A stretch of DNA of 63,757 bases, filler included, from Reticulomyxa filosa (taxonomy: Eukaryota; Protista; Foraminifera): assembly GCA_000512085.1 (NCBI GenBank). It is 19 parts of 19 records of this genome, joined end to end, with 100 filler letters (N's around TTAATTAATTAA, not from the genome) between each part and the next. Parts side by side here need not be neighbours in the genome. Positions count along the whole stretch, not along the records: positions 1 to 3,476 come from ASPP01008220.1; positions 3,577 to 5,456 come from ASPP01035287.1; positions 5,557 to 8,343 come from ASPP01021723.1; positions 8,444 to 11,771 come from ASPP01007075.1; 15 more parts are not named here. One strand, given 5' to 3'. The translations under genes and the position numbers were made by a program. Shown here in pieces: positions 1 through 11,771 of this stretch. The notes under the pieces were generated by a model that saw nothing but the letters and a program-made list of their open reading frames with translations, made no database searches and was not told the DNA's origin. Each line of letters begins with the position of its first letter. Position 1 is the stretch's first letter.

Positions 1-27
1 GTTTTGTGTGATATCTAATTTTATAGA

Positions 28-51
28 AATAACAATAATAATAATAATAAC

Positions 52-104
<53 letters not shown>

Positions 105-152
105 TAATAATAATAATAATAATAACAATAAACAATAATAAACAATAATAAT
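28..152. repeat. (AAT)n/(AAC) microsatellite
   Basis: Near-perfect AAT triplet run with occasional AAC. Confidence 0.95.
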
Positions 153-231
153 TAGAAAAAAAGAGAAGAACTTTGTGCAAAAAATAAAGAACAAAAAAAG
201 AAATTGAAACTTTGAAAAAAAGTAAGAAAAA

Positions 232-2034
232 ATGGATGTTCAAATGGACGTTTATTTGAAAGAAATTCAATATTGTGAAGATATAACTCGTGAAAAGGAC
301 AATCAATTAAAAGCGACTATGGTAAAATCTATTTCTTTGTTATGGTGTTTGTGTTTGTGTTTGTTTAGATGGAAGAACATTAGAGTATTTGCAATGACCT
401 GGAAACAGAAGGCAAGTCTCATAAAGATCGAGACATTGAGTACAGAGAAAAAAAAGATGGAAGAAGAAGTGAAACTCAAACAAAAACAAATTTTGGAAAA
501 AGACAATGAGATTGAAAAGATTCAAAGGGATTCTCAACAAGAATTACTCAAACTACGTGCAGATTTGGAATTGATGAAAAGGGATTTTACTAAAAAAGAA
601 AAACAAATATTGGAACAAAATGAGCAATTGATGCAATTGTTGGTACAAAAGGACGAACAGTTTAGCAAGATGTTAAGACAAAAAGATGAACAATTTAGCG
701 AAATATTAATACGAAATGAAGGACAGTTTAGCGAGCTGTTAAGACAAAAAGATGAACAGCTTAATCAGATTTTGGAACAAAAGGATGCGCAGCTTAACCA
801 AATTCCAAAACAGAATGGCAACATCCAAGATAATAATAATAATAATAATCAAAACAATATTCAAGACAATAGCCAAGATAATGTCCAAGAAAAAGCAGAT
901 CAGGATGAAAAGAAGGATTTATCACTAGATATACCCAACCAATCTTCTGATTCGAATGTTGAATTATTATTATATCCCTTCAAATATCTCAAGACTTTCA
1001 CTGGACACACGGCTCCGGTTTGCGGCATTGATTATTCGACATTCGATAATGGAAAACTCCTTTGTTCTGGATCAGGTGATAAAACAGTTCGCGTATGGGA
1101 TGTAGAGACCACCAAGCAGATTCGATCATTCAATGGACATTCACATTACGTATTTTTTGTGGCATTTTCACCATATCATTATTATAATCATCATCGCACT
1201 GTCATCTGTTCTTCATCCGCGGACAAAACGATTCGTTTTTGGGACATGAATGCTGACAAAGATTTTCAAATGCTTAATGGACATGCTGGTGGCAGCATTG
1301 CATTTTCATCGTTTAACGGCGGTCAATATCTGTGTTCTGGATCATATGACAAAACTATTCGTCTATGGGATGTTGAGACGGTCAAGCAATCACATATTTT
1401 TACTGGACATACACGTAACGTTTGGTGTGTGAAATTTTCACCATTGCACAGCAGTGGCAATGATAATGACAATAACAAAAGTAATAGTGCTGGCGTGTTT
1501 GGAGGTAATGGATATACCCTTTGTTCGGGGTCACATGATAGTACTGTTCGTGTATGGGATATTGAAACGGCCAAAGAACTACTTGTTTTTGAAGGACATG
1601 AAGATTGGGTGCGGGGAGTACAATATGCACCATATCAATCGGGGATTAGTGGTGGTGCAAATACAATATTATCTGGATCGGAAGACAAAAGTGTACGTTT
1701 ATGGGACATTCGATCTAAAAAAGAAATTCAAGTGTTTAAAGGACATACAAATGGTGTCACTTGTGTTGAATATTTGCACGTTGGGAGCTGCAACGATAAT
1801 GAACCTGAAGTTAATCGTGCAAACATAGTATGCTCCGGATCATGGGACAAGACGATTCGTTTTTGGGACGTTCGGGCCAATAAGCAATTGTATGAAATCA
1901 AAGGCAATAATAATGATGGCGGAATATACTGTTTCCAGTTTTCTCCTTTCGAAGTCAAATCGGATGTAAAAAATAAAAACATCCTAACATTGTGTTATGG
2001 ATCTGCCAGTGGCCCGATTCATGTTTGGGGATAA
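232..2034 (+). CDS. Coiled-coil + WD40 beta-propeller protein (lineage-expanded family)
   Basis: 600-aa ORF. N-terminal Q/K/E-rich coiled coil with repeated (L)RQKDEQ units, then about 7 repeats of GH...CSGSxDKT(I/V)R(V/L/F)WD. Probable short intron starting at GTAAAA, 322. Confidence 0.93.
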   Translation: MDVQMDVYLKEIQYCEDITREKDNQLKATMVKSISLLWCLCLCLFRWKNIRVFAMTWKQKASLIKIETLSTEKKKMEEEVKLKQKQILEKDNEIEKIQRDSQQELLKLRADLELMKRDFTKKEKQILEQNEQLMQLLVQKDEQFSKMLRQKDEQFSEILIRNEGQFSELLRQKDEQLNQILEQKDAQLNQIPKQNGNIQDNNNNNNQNNIQDNSQDNVQEKADQDEKKDLSLDIPNQSSDSNVELLLYPFKYLKTFTGHTAPVCGIDYSTFDNGKLLCSGSGDKTVRVWDVETTKQIRSFNGHSHYVFFVAFSPYHYYNHHRTVICSSSADKTIRFWDMNADKDFQMLNGHAGGSIAFSSFNGGQYLCSGSYDKTIRLWDVETVKQSHIFTGHTRNVWCVKFSPLHSSGNDNDNNKSNSAGVFGGNGYTLCSGSHDSTVRVWDIETAKELLVFEGHEDWVRGVQYAPYQSGISGGANTILSGSEDKSVRLWDIRSKKEIQVFKGHTNGVTCVEYLHVGSCNDNEPEVNRANIVCSGSWDKTIRFWDVRANKQLYEIKGNNNDGGIYCFQFSPFEVKSDVKNKNILTLCYGSASGPIHVWG

Positions 2035-2375
2035 CTTTATTTCGTGGGGGGGGGGGTTTGTGTTGTCATATAAACCACAAATTCGCTTCATCACAAAATT
2101 ATACGTCTTTCTGATATTTCTTATTTTTTTCTACGTTTTTTTTCAACACTTGGTTAAATATCGCGCCAAAGCAAATGTTTGAAAATTGTTTTTTATTTTT
2201 TAAAAGACAAAGGGACATCAACTGAGTTGTAAAACTTTGTTCCCCACGGAAAAAAAAAAAATGCAAAAAAGTTGATCTGCTTAATTTCATACAACTATCG
2301 TGGTGAACACAACAAAACAAACTTTTTTTATTTTTTTTTTCTGCACACCCTTAAACTTCAGTCAATTCAGAATAA

Positions 2376-3426
2376 ATGACATCAGAAAAAATCACAAAAT
2401 GGGGTCCTTTGGCATTGAGCACACTCAGTTTCGCGGTTTCGAGTTATGTGTTGTTAAAGTATCAAAAGCAAGAAGATAAGCAGTTGCCACCAACGGACGA
2501 GTCGTCGAAAGAGTTGAAAAAGATAGAAAAGAAGAGCGAAGAAAGAACAGTGATCTATCCAATTCCAAGCCAAGACCGAGGCCATGGTCATTTATCACGA
2601 ATAATGGCAATCGACGACGCAAACGCATATGGAAATGTACACGGCGGGACGATACTGAAAATGATAGGCCATTGTGGTTGGATCGCAGCGAACCGATGGG
2701 TGCACCAACGAACGAAAAGCAACTCTAACGGCGATGATGATGACGGCAAGGGGGAACATGACACCATAATGGACTCTTCCATGGTGCGAGCAGTACTAGG
2801 TCGAATGGAACAAATGAAATTTCGCGAGCCTATGTTTGTAGGCGAACTCGCGTCATTATATGCCAAAATCACATACACGTCGAAACATTCTTGCGAAGTG
2901 CAAGTTCAGTGTGTGTGTGTGCGACCCCCCTTTTCCCCTCAAATTTAAAAAAAAAAAATGTGCAAACAATTTCTGTGATAATAATAATATAATAATATAA
3001 TAATAATAATAATAATAATAAAAGGTCGATGTGTTTGCAGAGAATGTTGTGAAAGGCATTCGTCGACATACCAACCATGCAACCTTGTGGTTTGTCAGCG
3101 TACGAATGGAACCTCATGTGTTGGACCGGTCTGCGGCGTCTTTATCGAGAGGCTCGTTCTTGAACATAAGCAAAAGCCAAATTATTGACGTCAGCAACGA
3201 CACCAAAATGGTGTTGATAAAGATGCCCCAGATGGACAGAATAGCCAGTGAAGAGCAAAGCGACGGAGATCGACGCTACCAATTCCAAAAGTATGAACGC
3301 GCCCACGTCGGTGAATTCAGTCAAATCGTCCAATCCTTCGAACTTTCCGAGTGGATGGATCGAATGTTCCAAACCCAAGATTTCGACCAATTAAGGCCAG
3401 GGCCCACTGTCAGCACTTTATCTCAT
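2376..3426 (+). CDS. Hotdog-fold acyl-CoA thioesterase (ACOT7/YciA-like), 3' partial
   Basis: Motifs DANAYGNVHGGTILKMI and F.EPM.VGE...A.ITYTSKHSCEVQ. Intron 2904-3024 joins SCEVQ to VDVFAEN. N-terminal hydrophobic anchor. Confidence 0.88.
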
Positions 3427-3437
3427 GTTATTGCTAT

Positions 3438-3473
<36 letters not shown>

Positions 3474-3476
3474 GTT

Positions 3477-3576
3477 NNNNNNNNNNNNNNNNNNNNNNNN
3501 NNNNNNNNNNNNNNNNNNNNTTAATTAATTAANNNNNNNNNNNNNNNNNNNNNNNNNNNNNNNNNNNNNNNNNNNN
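3477..3576. other. Artificial contig-joining spacer N44-TTAATTAATTAA-N44 (first of 18)
   Basis: Identical 100-bp spacers start at 3477, 5457, 8344, 11772, 13483, 16150, 17650, 21651, 23027, 24163, 25828, 29536, 33970, 37509, 43025, 47028, 55550 and 62295. The core places a stop codon in all six frames. Confidence 0.99.
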
Positions 3577-4956
3577 AATCGAACAATTTGAAAGTGATGA
3601 GCTGATTATTATCATGTCATTTACGCAACCTATATTTCAAGTTATAATATTTTCTTATAATGTGATTGAAATATGTATGATTAATTACATACGTATATAA
3701 CATAGACCTCCAAAGATACCTGTCTATCGAGCAATTGGAAAGTGGTTGTAGTGGTTGCAGTTCCAGCAAGCAAGAGGGAAGTGAAATTCGAACAATGTCA
3801 AGTTGGTGTGATATTTATCGCAAGTATTTGACACTTGCCTCAAATTTTTTGATTAAAAATTTCTTTTGTGTGAATTGAATTGTGTTTGTTTGTGCATTTT
3901 TTTGGAATAATAATTTCAACTATCAATCTCCAGCACCTGATATCTTTAGTCTAATTAAATTTCTTGCAAAAAGTTTCTTTAATATTTAAAAATAGATTGA
4001 TTTTGTTCGTCTAGTTTTCACTTGCGTCTTTGAAAAAACTGATTACTGAAATTAATTGCAATTGGTAATATGCAATAGATTGATTTTGCTCTCTTTTATT
4101 GTTTAGAGTTGGTACCAAGAAGATGATAAAGAAAAAGAGGAAAAAGAAGTAGAGTTTGAAGCCAATGAGAACAAAAATAGGAAATCCCAAAAAAAGAAGA
4201 TGATGGTAAATAAGACAAGGAAAAAGAAAGCAAAAATGGACAAAAAAGTATAGAAATAAGAACAGTGAAAAAAAAAAACGGATGAAGAGAGGCCAACAAT
4301 GATGACAATGATAGCCGTGATAATAAAATCATTCGTGTTTGGAATATTGAAAGTAACCAATGAGAAGGAATGTATGTGATAAAAAGATATTTTAAAGTAT
4401 TCTATTTTAAGAAAAAAAGAATCAAAAGCATGGTGAAAGTGGTATCGTGATCAGATTACATTCAAATATAGGCATTAAACTATATTTCGATTACAGTAAC
4501 GATATGATCTGATACTCGAACTTTGAAATGTGATATGTGTATTCAAATAGCAATAATATTCACTTATCCAATTGTGCTGGTCTCTTTCACATCTTAGTCA
4601 TTTCCAAGCAAAGCAAAAGATGTATACGCTATGATGACAACATAGTTAACAAATATGAAAGTAATTTATGATTTAAAATTGTAACATACCAATCGTAACG
4701 CATCACAAATTTAAAATTAATTTTAACAATCTTTTTTGGAATAATTATTACATATATTCGTATCATTCAATTTTTTTCAATCTTTCAATTTAACAAAAAA
4801 AGGTAAAAAAGTTGGTAAATTTCATAATTATGAGACCGACGCAAATGAAATAAAAAATCAAAATGAAAGCAATATTTAAAGGAAAAATGATTTAGAGATA
4901 TTTGAATTCTGCTTCTCGATAAAAAAACGAATTATCTCTATATGTAAAAATGTATT

Positions 4957-5456
4957 TCATTTACTATATTTTATAATAATTTTATCAAAATCATCGATCC
5001 ATCCTAATTTTATCTTTAAAATTTGAGTCCAATGTTTAATAATATATTTTATTTCATTCTTTGACTGTTCATTATTTAATACAATTTATTTATGTTTCAT
5101 CAAAATAAATAAACAAATCATTACCAACTGTAAAGGATCCCATACACGCACTTTAGTCTTTACATGAGTTGATACTAGTGCCCTTTTAGAATCTTTTCCT
5201 CCAATAATGTGTATATAGTTATCTTCTTCATTCAATATTGCAATAGAATCATATAATGGACTGGGTAAAGTGTTTTCAAATGTTATCCATTTGTTTTCTC
5301 GAATTAAATACATATGAACTGATTTTGAAACAATCAATTCAACATCATTCCATCCACCAAAGAACAAGATGATATCATTAACACGCACATATGCATAACG
5401 ATATAATGGTGTAATATCATCACAAACAGGTAGTTGATAAAATTGAAAAGTGTTGT
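4957..5456 (-). CDS. Kelch-repeat protein, 3' part
   Basis: YAYVRVNDIILFFGGW and YIHIIGG Kelch blades. Intron 5065-5124. Last exon reads SKNEIKYIIKHWTQILKIKLGWIDDFDKIIIKYSK*. Confidence 0.85.
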
Positions 5457-5556
5457 NNNNNNNNNNNNNNNNNNNNNNNNNNNNNNNNNNNNNNNNNNNN
5501 TTAATTAATTAANNNNNNNNNNNNNNNNNNNNNNNNNNNNNNNNNNNNNNNNNNNN

Positions 5557-5720
5557 CCAAACACTTACATACTTCATTATCAATGTGTGTTTATGATAAC
5601 TACCAAAAGATAATAAAGTAATATCAATGTATTTAAGAGTATGATAATGAATAGCACCTTTAAAAATAAATAAATCAATCATCATAAGAATTCCATCAGA
5701 AGATATTTTATTCATTATTT
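5557..5720 (-). pseudogene. Degenerate Kelch-family fragment
   Basis: ITLLSFGSYHKHTLIMKYVSVW matches VMLLSFGGLHRHTLQMRYRSVW in the 35080-36348 gene. No intact upstream frame. Confidence 0.7.
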
Positions 5721-6687
5721 AAAGTAATACCTCCATTTACATTGATTACGACATACATGTTTACAACGAAAGATCAAGACCTAACTGTTTCCTTTTTCTT
5801 CTTCACCAACACATTCATTTGTGTTCAATGTGATGTGTCTTAACACATTTGCATCAGAGATATCATCATCGACACATGCATATCAACAGCTAGTTGGTTC
5901 AATTAAAAAATGTAGTTATCTTCATTATATCCAATTATCGACCTTATTTGGTAAAAAACAGCAATATTTCATTGTTTTTTTTGCTTTTGTTTTTCATTCG
6001 TTTTCATCACTTATTATCCATGTTTTGAATGTAACATAACGCATGCAAATGATAGCCCACTTTGAATTAAATTATAACACTACATTTATTTTTAATTAGA
6101 AAAAAAATTATTACAATGATTTGTATTATTTAAAAAAAATAATAAAAAAAGGACGTTTGTCAATATCTACATTAATTTAATCAGCAATACGACTATCTTT
6201 ATAACAACGTGTTCTCTTACAATCAAAATTTTCCATTGCTTTTCACTTAGCTGCATCGTGGCTTGTTGCATCAAATACAAATATTGGGACTTCTCTTTGC
6301 TTCATATCATTTGCGTACGTCCTTCTTCGTCTTTTTGTATGATGTCATTTGGGAATTATGTTTCTATTTCAACCATTTTATCCAATCCACCCCAAAATAT
6401 CATGCTTTAGTTGAAGAATTTTAAATAAAATGCAAAAAAATAACTCTTTGCTTGTTTTCGCGTTTTAATTGAAAAAATATTAACCCAAAAAAAAAAAGTT
6501 TGTTGATTGTTTATTTTGTAGGAAACCAATTAAATTTTTCAAAATTGGAAGAAAGACAAACATTATGTTTGCAAACAAAGCGAAACATAAAGGGGTGATT
6601 TTTTGACGGGTTAGAGTTCAAGTGGTGAGACTCAATAATTTGAATTTTATTCCCAAGATAAGTCGAAAATAATATACTAAGTCAAGA

Positions 6688-7592
6688 TGGATTACTGTCA
6701 ATGCTGCAAAAACTACATGAACCGTGAACAATTTGAACACGAAAACGCAGAAATTCAAAAACACGAGAAAAGGCGTGGCCCTGCAGTTGTCGCTCAGCAC
6801 TACAAATCAAATCCATTTTCTTCGTAATGGTATTTGGTTACTTTTAGTCACACAGTGTTCTTATGTTTTGATATAAAAGGATCTAAATCATACAATGCAA
6901 TTCTTTTTTTTAGATAAATAAACTCCTATTGATGGAAGTCATATGGACAATATCGTGGCAATTGTGGCACAAATGAAGCAGACGACTGCAGCACTACCGA
7001 AGATAATCAGAAGACTCAGTCGAATTCTATGTTCGATTTGGACACAACTGCCAACAGTGATGTCCCACACGCCACGTTTGTTGAGGTGGCTCGCAAACCA
7101 ATGGAGGTTATCTATTCTTTTTGATTTACACATATGTGAATATGTATACACATGTTTTATCTTTCATCCTCCTTTTTGTTTTATAAAAAAGAGATATCCA
7201 AATGATGATTTTAATAAGTTTTTTTTATTTATTGAAAAAAAAAAAGAGACAGATAAACATTGAATAATTTTTTTTATATAAAAATGTGAAATGGAGTGAA
7301 GAATCTCAATAGAAGTGGGAGTATGAACGTCGAAGTTTTGTCAACAAAAGAAGAAGAAGGAAATGAGCAAGAGGATGACAATGTATTATCCGGTTATGCA
7401 TTAATAGACGTGGAGTTGCCAACTGTGGTGTTAATGGCACCTTTTTTCAATGATATAGTATACGTGCAGTGATCAACCACAAATGCTTGAAAGGCTTGCA
7501 GCCGCAGCTGGCAAACGTCCTAAGCGAACTTGGAGCGTGGTTATTGCCAATGTACTCGATGTATTCCTTTTCAGATCCATTGTTGGAGTCTG
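6688..7592 (+). pseudogene. Fragmented gene of unknown family
   Basis: Exon-like GC-richer blocks between AT-rich intron-like blocks, with in-frame stops. Confidence 0.3.
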
Positions 7593-8443
7593 ACTCTTTA
7601 AAGTATTGGATGTGCGAGCCTTAGAAAAAAATTCACATTGATCGTTTATGAAGAATTTTTCTTGTTGTCCCTTGTTGGACTGTTTTTGTTTTATTTTTGT
7701 GCAAAAATATTGTAAATGAAATAGATTTTTATTATTTTCTTCGTTCGCGTTGAAGAAAGAGGAATTTCTAATGTGCAACGGTTAATGTTGAATTATTGAA
7801 TAAGATAAAATGTGGAATATAAAGAATTCTTTATGAAATGTAATTATTGTTATATTTTATTTATTTATTTGTACGATTATATAAATGAATAATTATTTGT
7901 TATGAAATAACAATTTGACCAACTGATCAAATAAGTATTTTTGATAACATTATCATACCCTAACTTTTTATTTTTACCAAAGCAATAAGTTTTTAAAAAA
8001 TTTTCTCCTGATGTCTAAGTGTTGATCAATTATTTTACATTTTCAATTATTTGTGCTGTTTCATAAAAGCAAAAAATAGTTTTAATTCTTTTTATCTTAT
8101 TTCTCTGTTTTTTGTTTGATGTTAAACTTTCCAAAGTCAAATTGTTTGCACTTTGGAATATAGCACAATTGTACTATATTCTGGAGATTTGCTTTTATTA
8201 CAGCACGCTCAACAATTGCGTTTGTATTCTAAATTAACGCACTTGACTTGCAGGTGCTCATGTAAGCCTTGGATTTTTTTAAAAAAATTTATAAAACATT
8301 TTGAGAATGAGACTTTTAACACTCATTCTATTTTCCAAAAACTNNNNNNNNNNNNNNNNNNNNNNNNNNNNNNNNNNNNNNNNNNNNTTAATTAATTAAN
8401 NNNNNNNNNNNNNNNNNNNNNNNNNNNNNNNNNNNNNNNNNNN

Positions 8444-11385
8444 TATTATTATTATTATTATTATTGTTATTATTGCTCATATCATTGTCAGACGGATGCT
8501 CCTCAGTTGGACTGTGACGATTGGAACCAATCACTGGGAATTCAATGGTCTGACTCGAAGGAGAGAGTGGAGATAAAGGGATCCATGTCTCTTTGGGTGA
8601 CTCGGGCGGCGGCGATGCCGAGTTGGCCTTTGGACGCGAGGAGAACGACGACAGCTCGTGGAAAGACAGCAATGTGCGTCCCGTGGTCTGACTTCGCGTT
8701 AATTGTGAATCTGCTGATGTCGATGATTTTTTCGGGTACCAATGCAGCAGTGTGTAGCTGTCTTCATTCCCGGAATGCGAAAACAACACTTCGCGTGTTG
8801 TGTCAATTTTTTGGATCAGCGCTTTGCTCACTCCTTCGCTGCAAAGTTTCGTTATGTCTTTTTTCAATCCGCGCAGTTCTTCCAACACAATCTCCTTTTC
8901 GTTAAAATCTTCCCATGTCGTCTTCATCCAGTCGATTACCAACATTATCAAGCGGTATCGAAAGTTTTGCGCTTCGTTGGGGTTTGGATATTCTTTTAAG
9001 GCGTTGCGAAATAATATGCGAATATCTCGCAATAGTTTTCTTTTTTTTTTTTTTTTTAATGCACCCCGATACACACACACACACATACATACCTACGCAT
9101 ACACATACTTTACAAACGAAAATTTTTTTAAAAAAGTATACGTATCGTGTTTTTGTTGTGTTTCTTAATCTTCATCCCTTTTTTCCTTTTTTTTTTTTTT
9201 TAATCCTCCTCCTCCTCCTCCTTCTTCCCTCTTCCCTCTTCAACAACAAAAACTTTGAAGTTGTAAATTCAATGTGATATAAGATGACAGCCTCTTTCAT
9301 CTTTCCTCCGCCCACGTTTTCGGCCATCTCTTTAATGAGCTCGTTCATTGAGATTCCTTGCGTCGCTTCATTGTCGTGGTTTTCTGAAAACTCAATCTGA
9401 GACAAACTCCCCATGTGCTGCTGAATTTCGTGCTGCTCGTCATCCGTGTCGTTTGTGTCTTTCACTAATGTCATTCTTCGATTGGCCACGTGGTCTGCTA
9501 TGTCTTGAGTAAATGTCTCCTGTCGAACTTCCACTATGTTCCCTGTTTCTCGATCTTTTATTCTCAATATGTTCCCATTGCTTTCCTTAGTACTCTCTTG
9601 TCCATTCTCGCCCATCTCATTGTCGTGCTTGTCCGAGTCGTTACTCAATGACAACGATTCCTCATGCTTTGTGTCTGCCTCTTCGGGGCTTGTCCCATCT
9701 TTCTCTTTGTATTTTGCTTCTTCTTTTGTCGGAGGGGGCTGTTCGTTTTTGTGTGTGTATTTGTACGTGTGTCACAAACTTCTTTCCAATCCTCTGTCCT
9801 CCAAAACTGTGCTTGCCACATCTATGATCGCATCTGTTGTTTTTATTGTTTGATCCACTTGTTGTACGTTCATTTGCATATTATTTGCTAGTTTTTTTTC
9901 TCCATATCCCTTCCCTTTGGCTTTTTTTAACTTTTGTTTTCTTTAAGATTACTGACACCATTTAGTAACTGTGCACCGAAATCAGAGTAATGAGAGATGA
10001 ATTTATACCAAACATGTACTTTAAAAAAAAGAAAACAAATGTACAATCCCGCCAATTTTATTGTTTTTTTTTTTTTTGAACACAAGCCGTGTTGATTTGT
10101 GTCATGATAACTTTGAAATATCATGGTACAACACAACGAATTTGCAACCTCCGAAGGGTTCCTTTCTCTCACCCCGAGGAACTTTTTCCCGACAAAATAT
10201 GTTTGAAACAAGGAAAAAAAAAACGCAGCAGCGAGTTTTGTCATGCTTCATTTCTTCTGACCTCTTTGCTCATTTCATATAGCATATCATCAGTGATCCT
10301 TTCTTGAATTGCCCATTCCTTAAATAGCAACGCTTGATAGTCATATTTTTTCTTGAAATTGTACTTTTTCTGTGCAAACACACAACAGCACAAAAAAAAA
10401 AGGAATATACGCATATGTACATATACATGTATATATATGTATATATATTGTATATAATGAACAAACATGAGAATAGGATCGAAATCGCTCGGCTCTGTCA
10501 GCCAAGTGCAACAATTTGTTATAATTGATACTTTGATCAGGAAGAATATATTCCTCCAATTCTTCAATTCGAAAGAATTGTTTGCAAAACAAGGCCAAGT
10601 AAGGAATGGCAGGCGAGGCTGCTTTTTCTTGTCGATCAAAGAAATCTGTTTTTTTCCAATTGTCAAACAAATTGCGAAAATCCTCATATTTTTTGCTGTT
10701 AGCGTTATTTAATTGATCCCAAGGTAAATTGACTATCAAATTGGCAGTCAATGCTGAATGAATGGCGGCCAATGAATTGAAGTTGCGAATTTCTTGGCAA
10801 TGCTTCATGACGTATAAACACATATATGAAAATGTATATATGTATATGTATACAAAAAAAAAGGGTCAATTTTTTTTTTTTTAACCAAAGTTTAAAGTGG
10901 AAAAAACATAGTAATAAAGAGAAAGTACCAAAGCGATATCAATAAATTTTAGGAGAAAACGACAGCGACGAGAAACTTTTCTTTCTGTCAGCAATGTATA
11001 TTGGACCCATTTCACTTCCGTGTTGTATTGCTCAATGAATTTACAAATGTTGGGTGCTTTCTGCCATTTGGAGTCGTCTTGTTTCCACGCCTTTTTGAAA
11101 AACTCTCGCGCTTGGATTTGTTCAAAAATGTGATAGCTCATTAGTGTAATCTGCTGTGCCAGTTCTTGTGCGTTTAACAATATCGCCACGAATCCTTTTG
11201 GGAAACATGGCTCAAATCTCTGCAAATACAAAAAGCGATGAGCAAATTCAGATACCTTTGGCAAAGCTTTTTTCCCATTTTCTGTGGTCTCTTGTGTTTT
11301 GTTGTCATTTTCAGAGTTGTTCCAACTGCCAAGAGTCTGGCTAGGCCTTTTTTTTTTTTTACACAACATAAGCATATATATGTAC

Positions 11386-11427
<42 letters not shown>

Positions 11428-11771
11428 TATTATATGTATGTATATTGCATATTGTAAATGATAAATAAGAGGATATGTCTATTACGTACACTTATAAGCA
11501 TATCATATACACATAATGTAAAATGCATAAACATGTGAAATACGCAACTTGATAACGACAGTTTCGATGACTTTGTTTTGTGAAAACTTGGCTTTCAAAA
11601 AGCCTTGCTCTTTTTTTACATATTTCCAATAGATATCCTTATCATGTCGACTGTCCAAATATGTCATGGTTAAATAGTCACCCCTCCTTTCTTTTTTTTT
11701 TTGCGAGCAGAGAGTTTGAGATATTTATCGTCATCGTTGCTTGTATTTGTAGTTTCGTTGCAATTATCCTG
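8444..11771 (-). CDS. RasGEF (CDC25 domain) protein, multi-exon, partial at both ends
   Basis: CDC25 motifs ELAQQITL...FEQI...EF, KAPNI..FI..YN...WV, RNFNSLAAIHSAL, PAIPYL and INYNKL. REM-like motifs follow downstream (ILYHIEFTTSKFLL; RYRLIMLVIDWMKTTWEDF). Confidence 0.88.

Noticed and set aside
6921-6950. WRKY-like SY*WKSYGQ
   Set aside because: In-frame stop and no downstream WRKY zinc finger.
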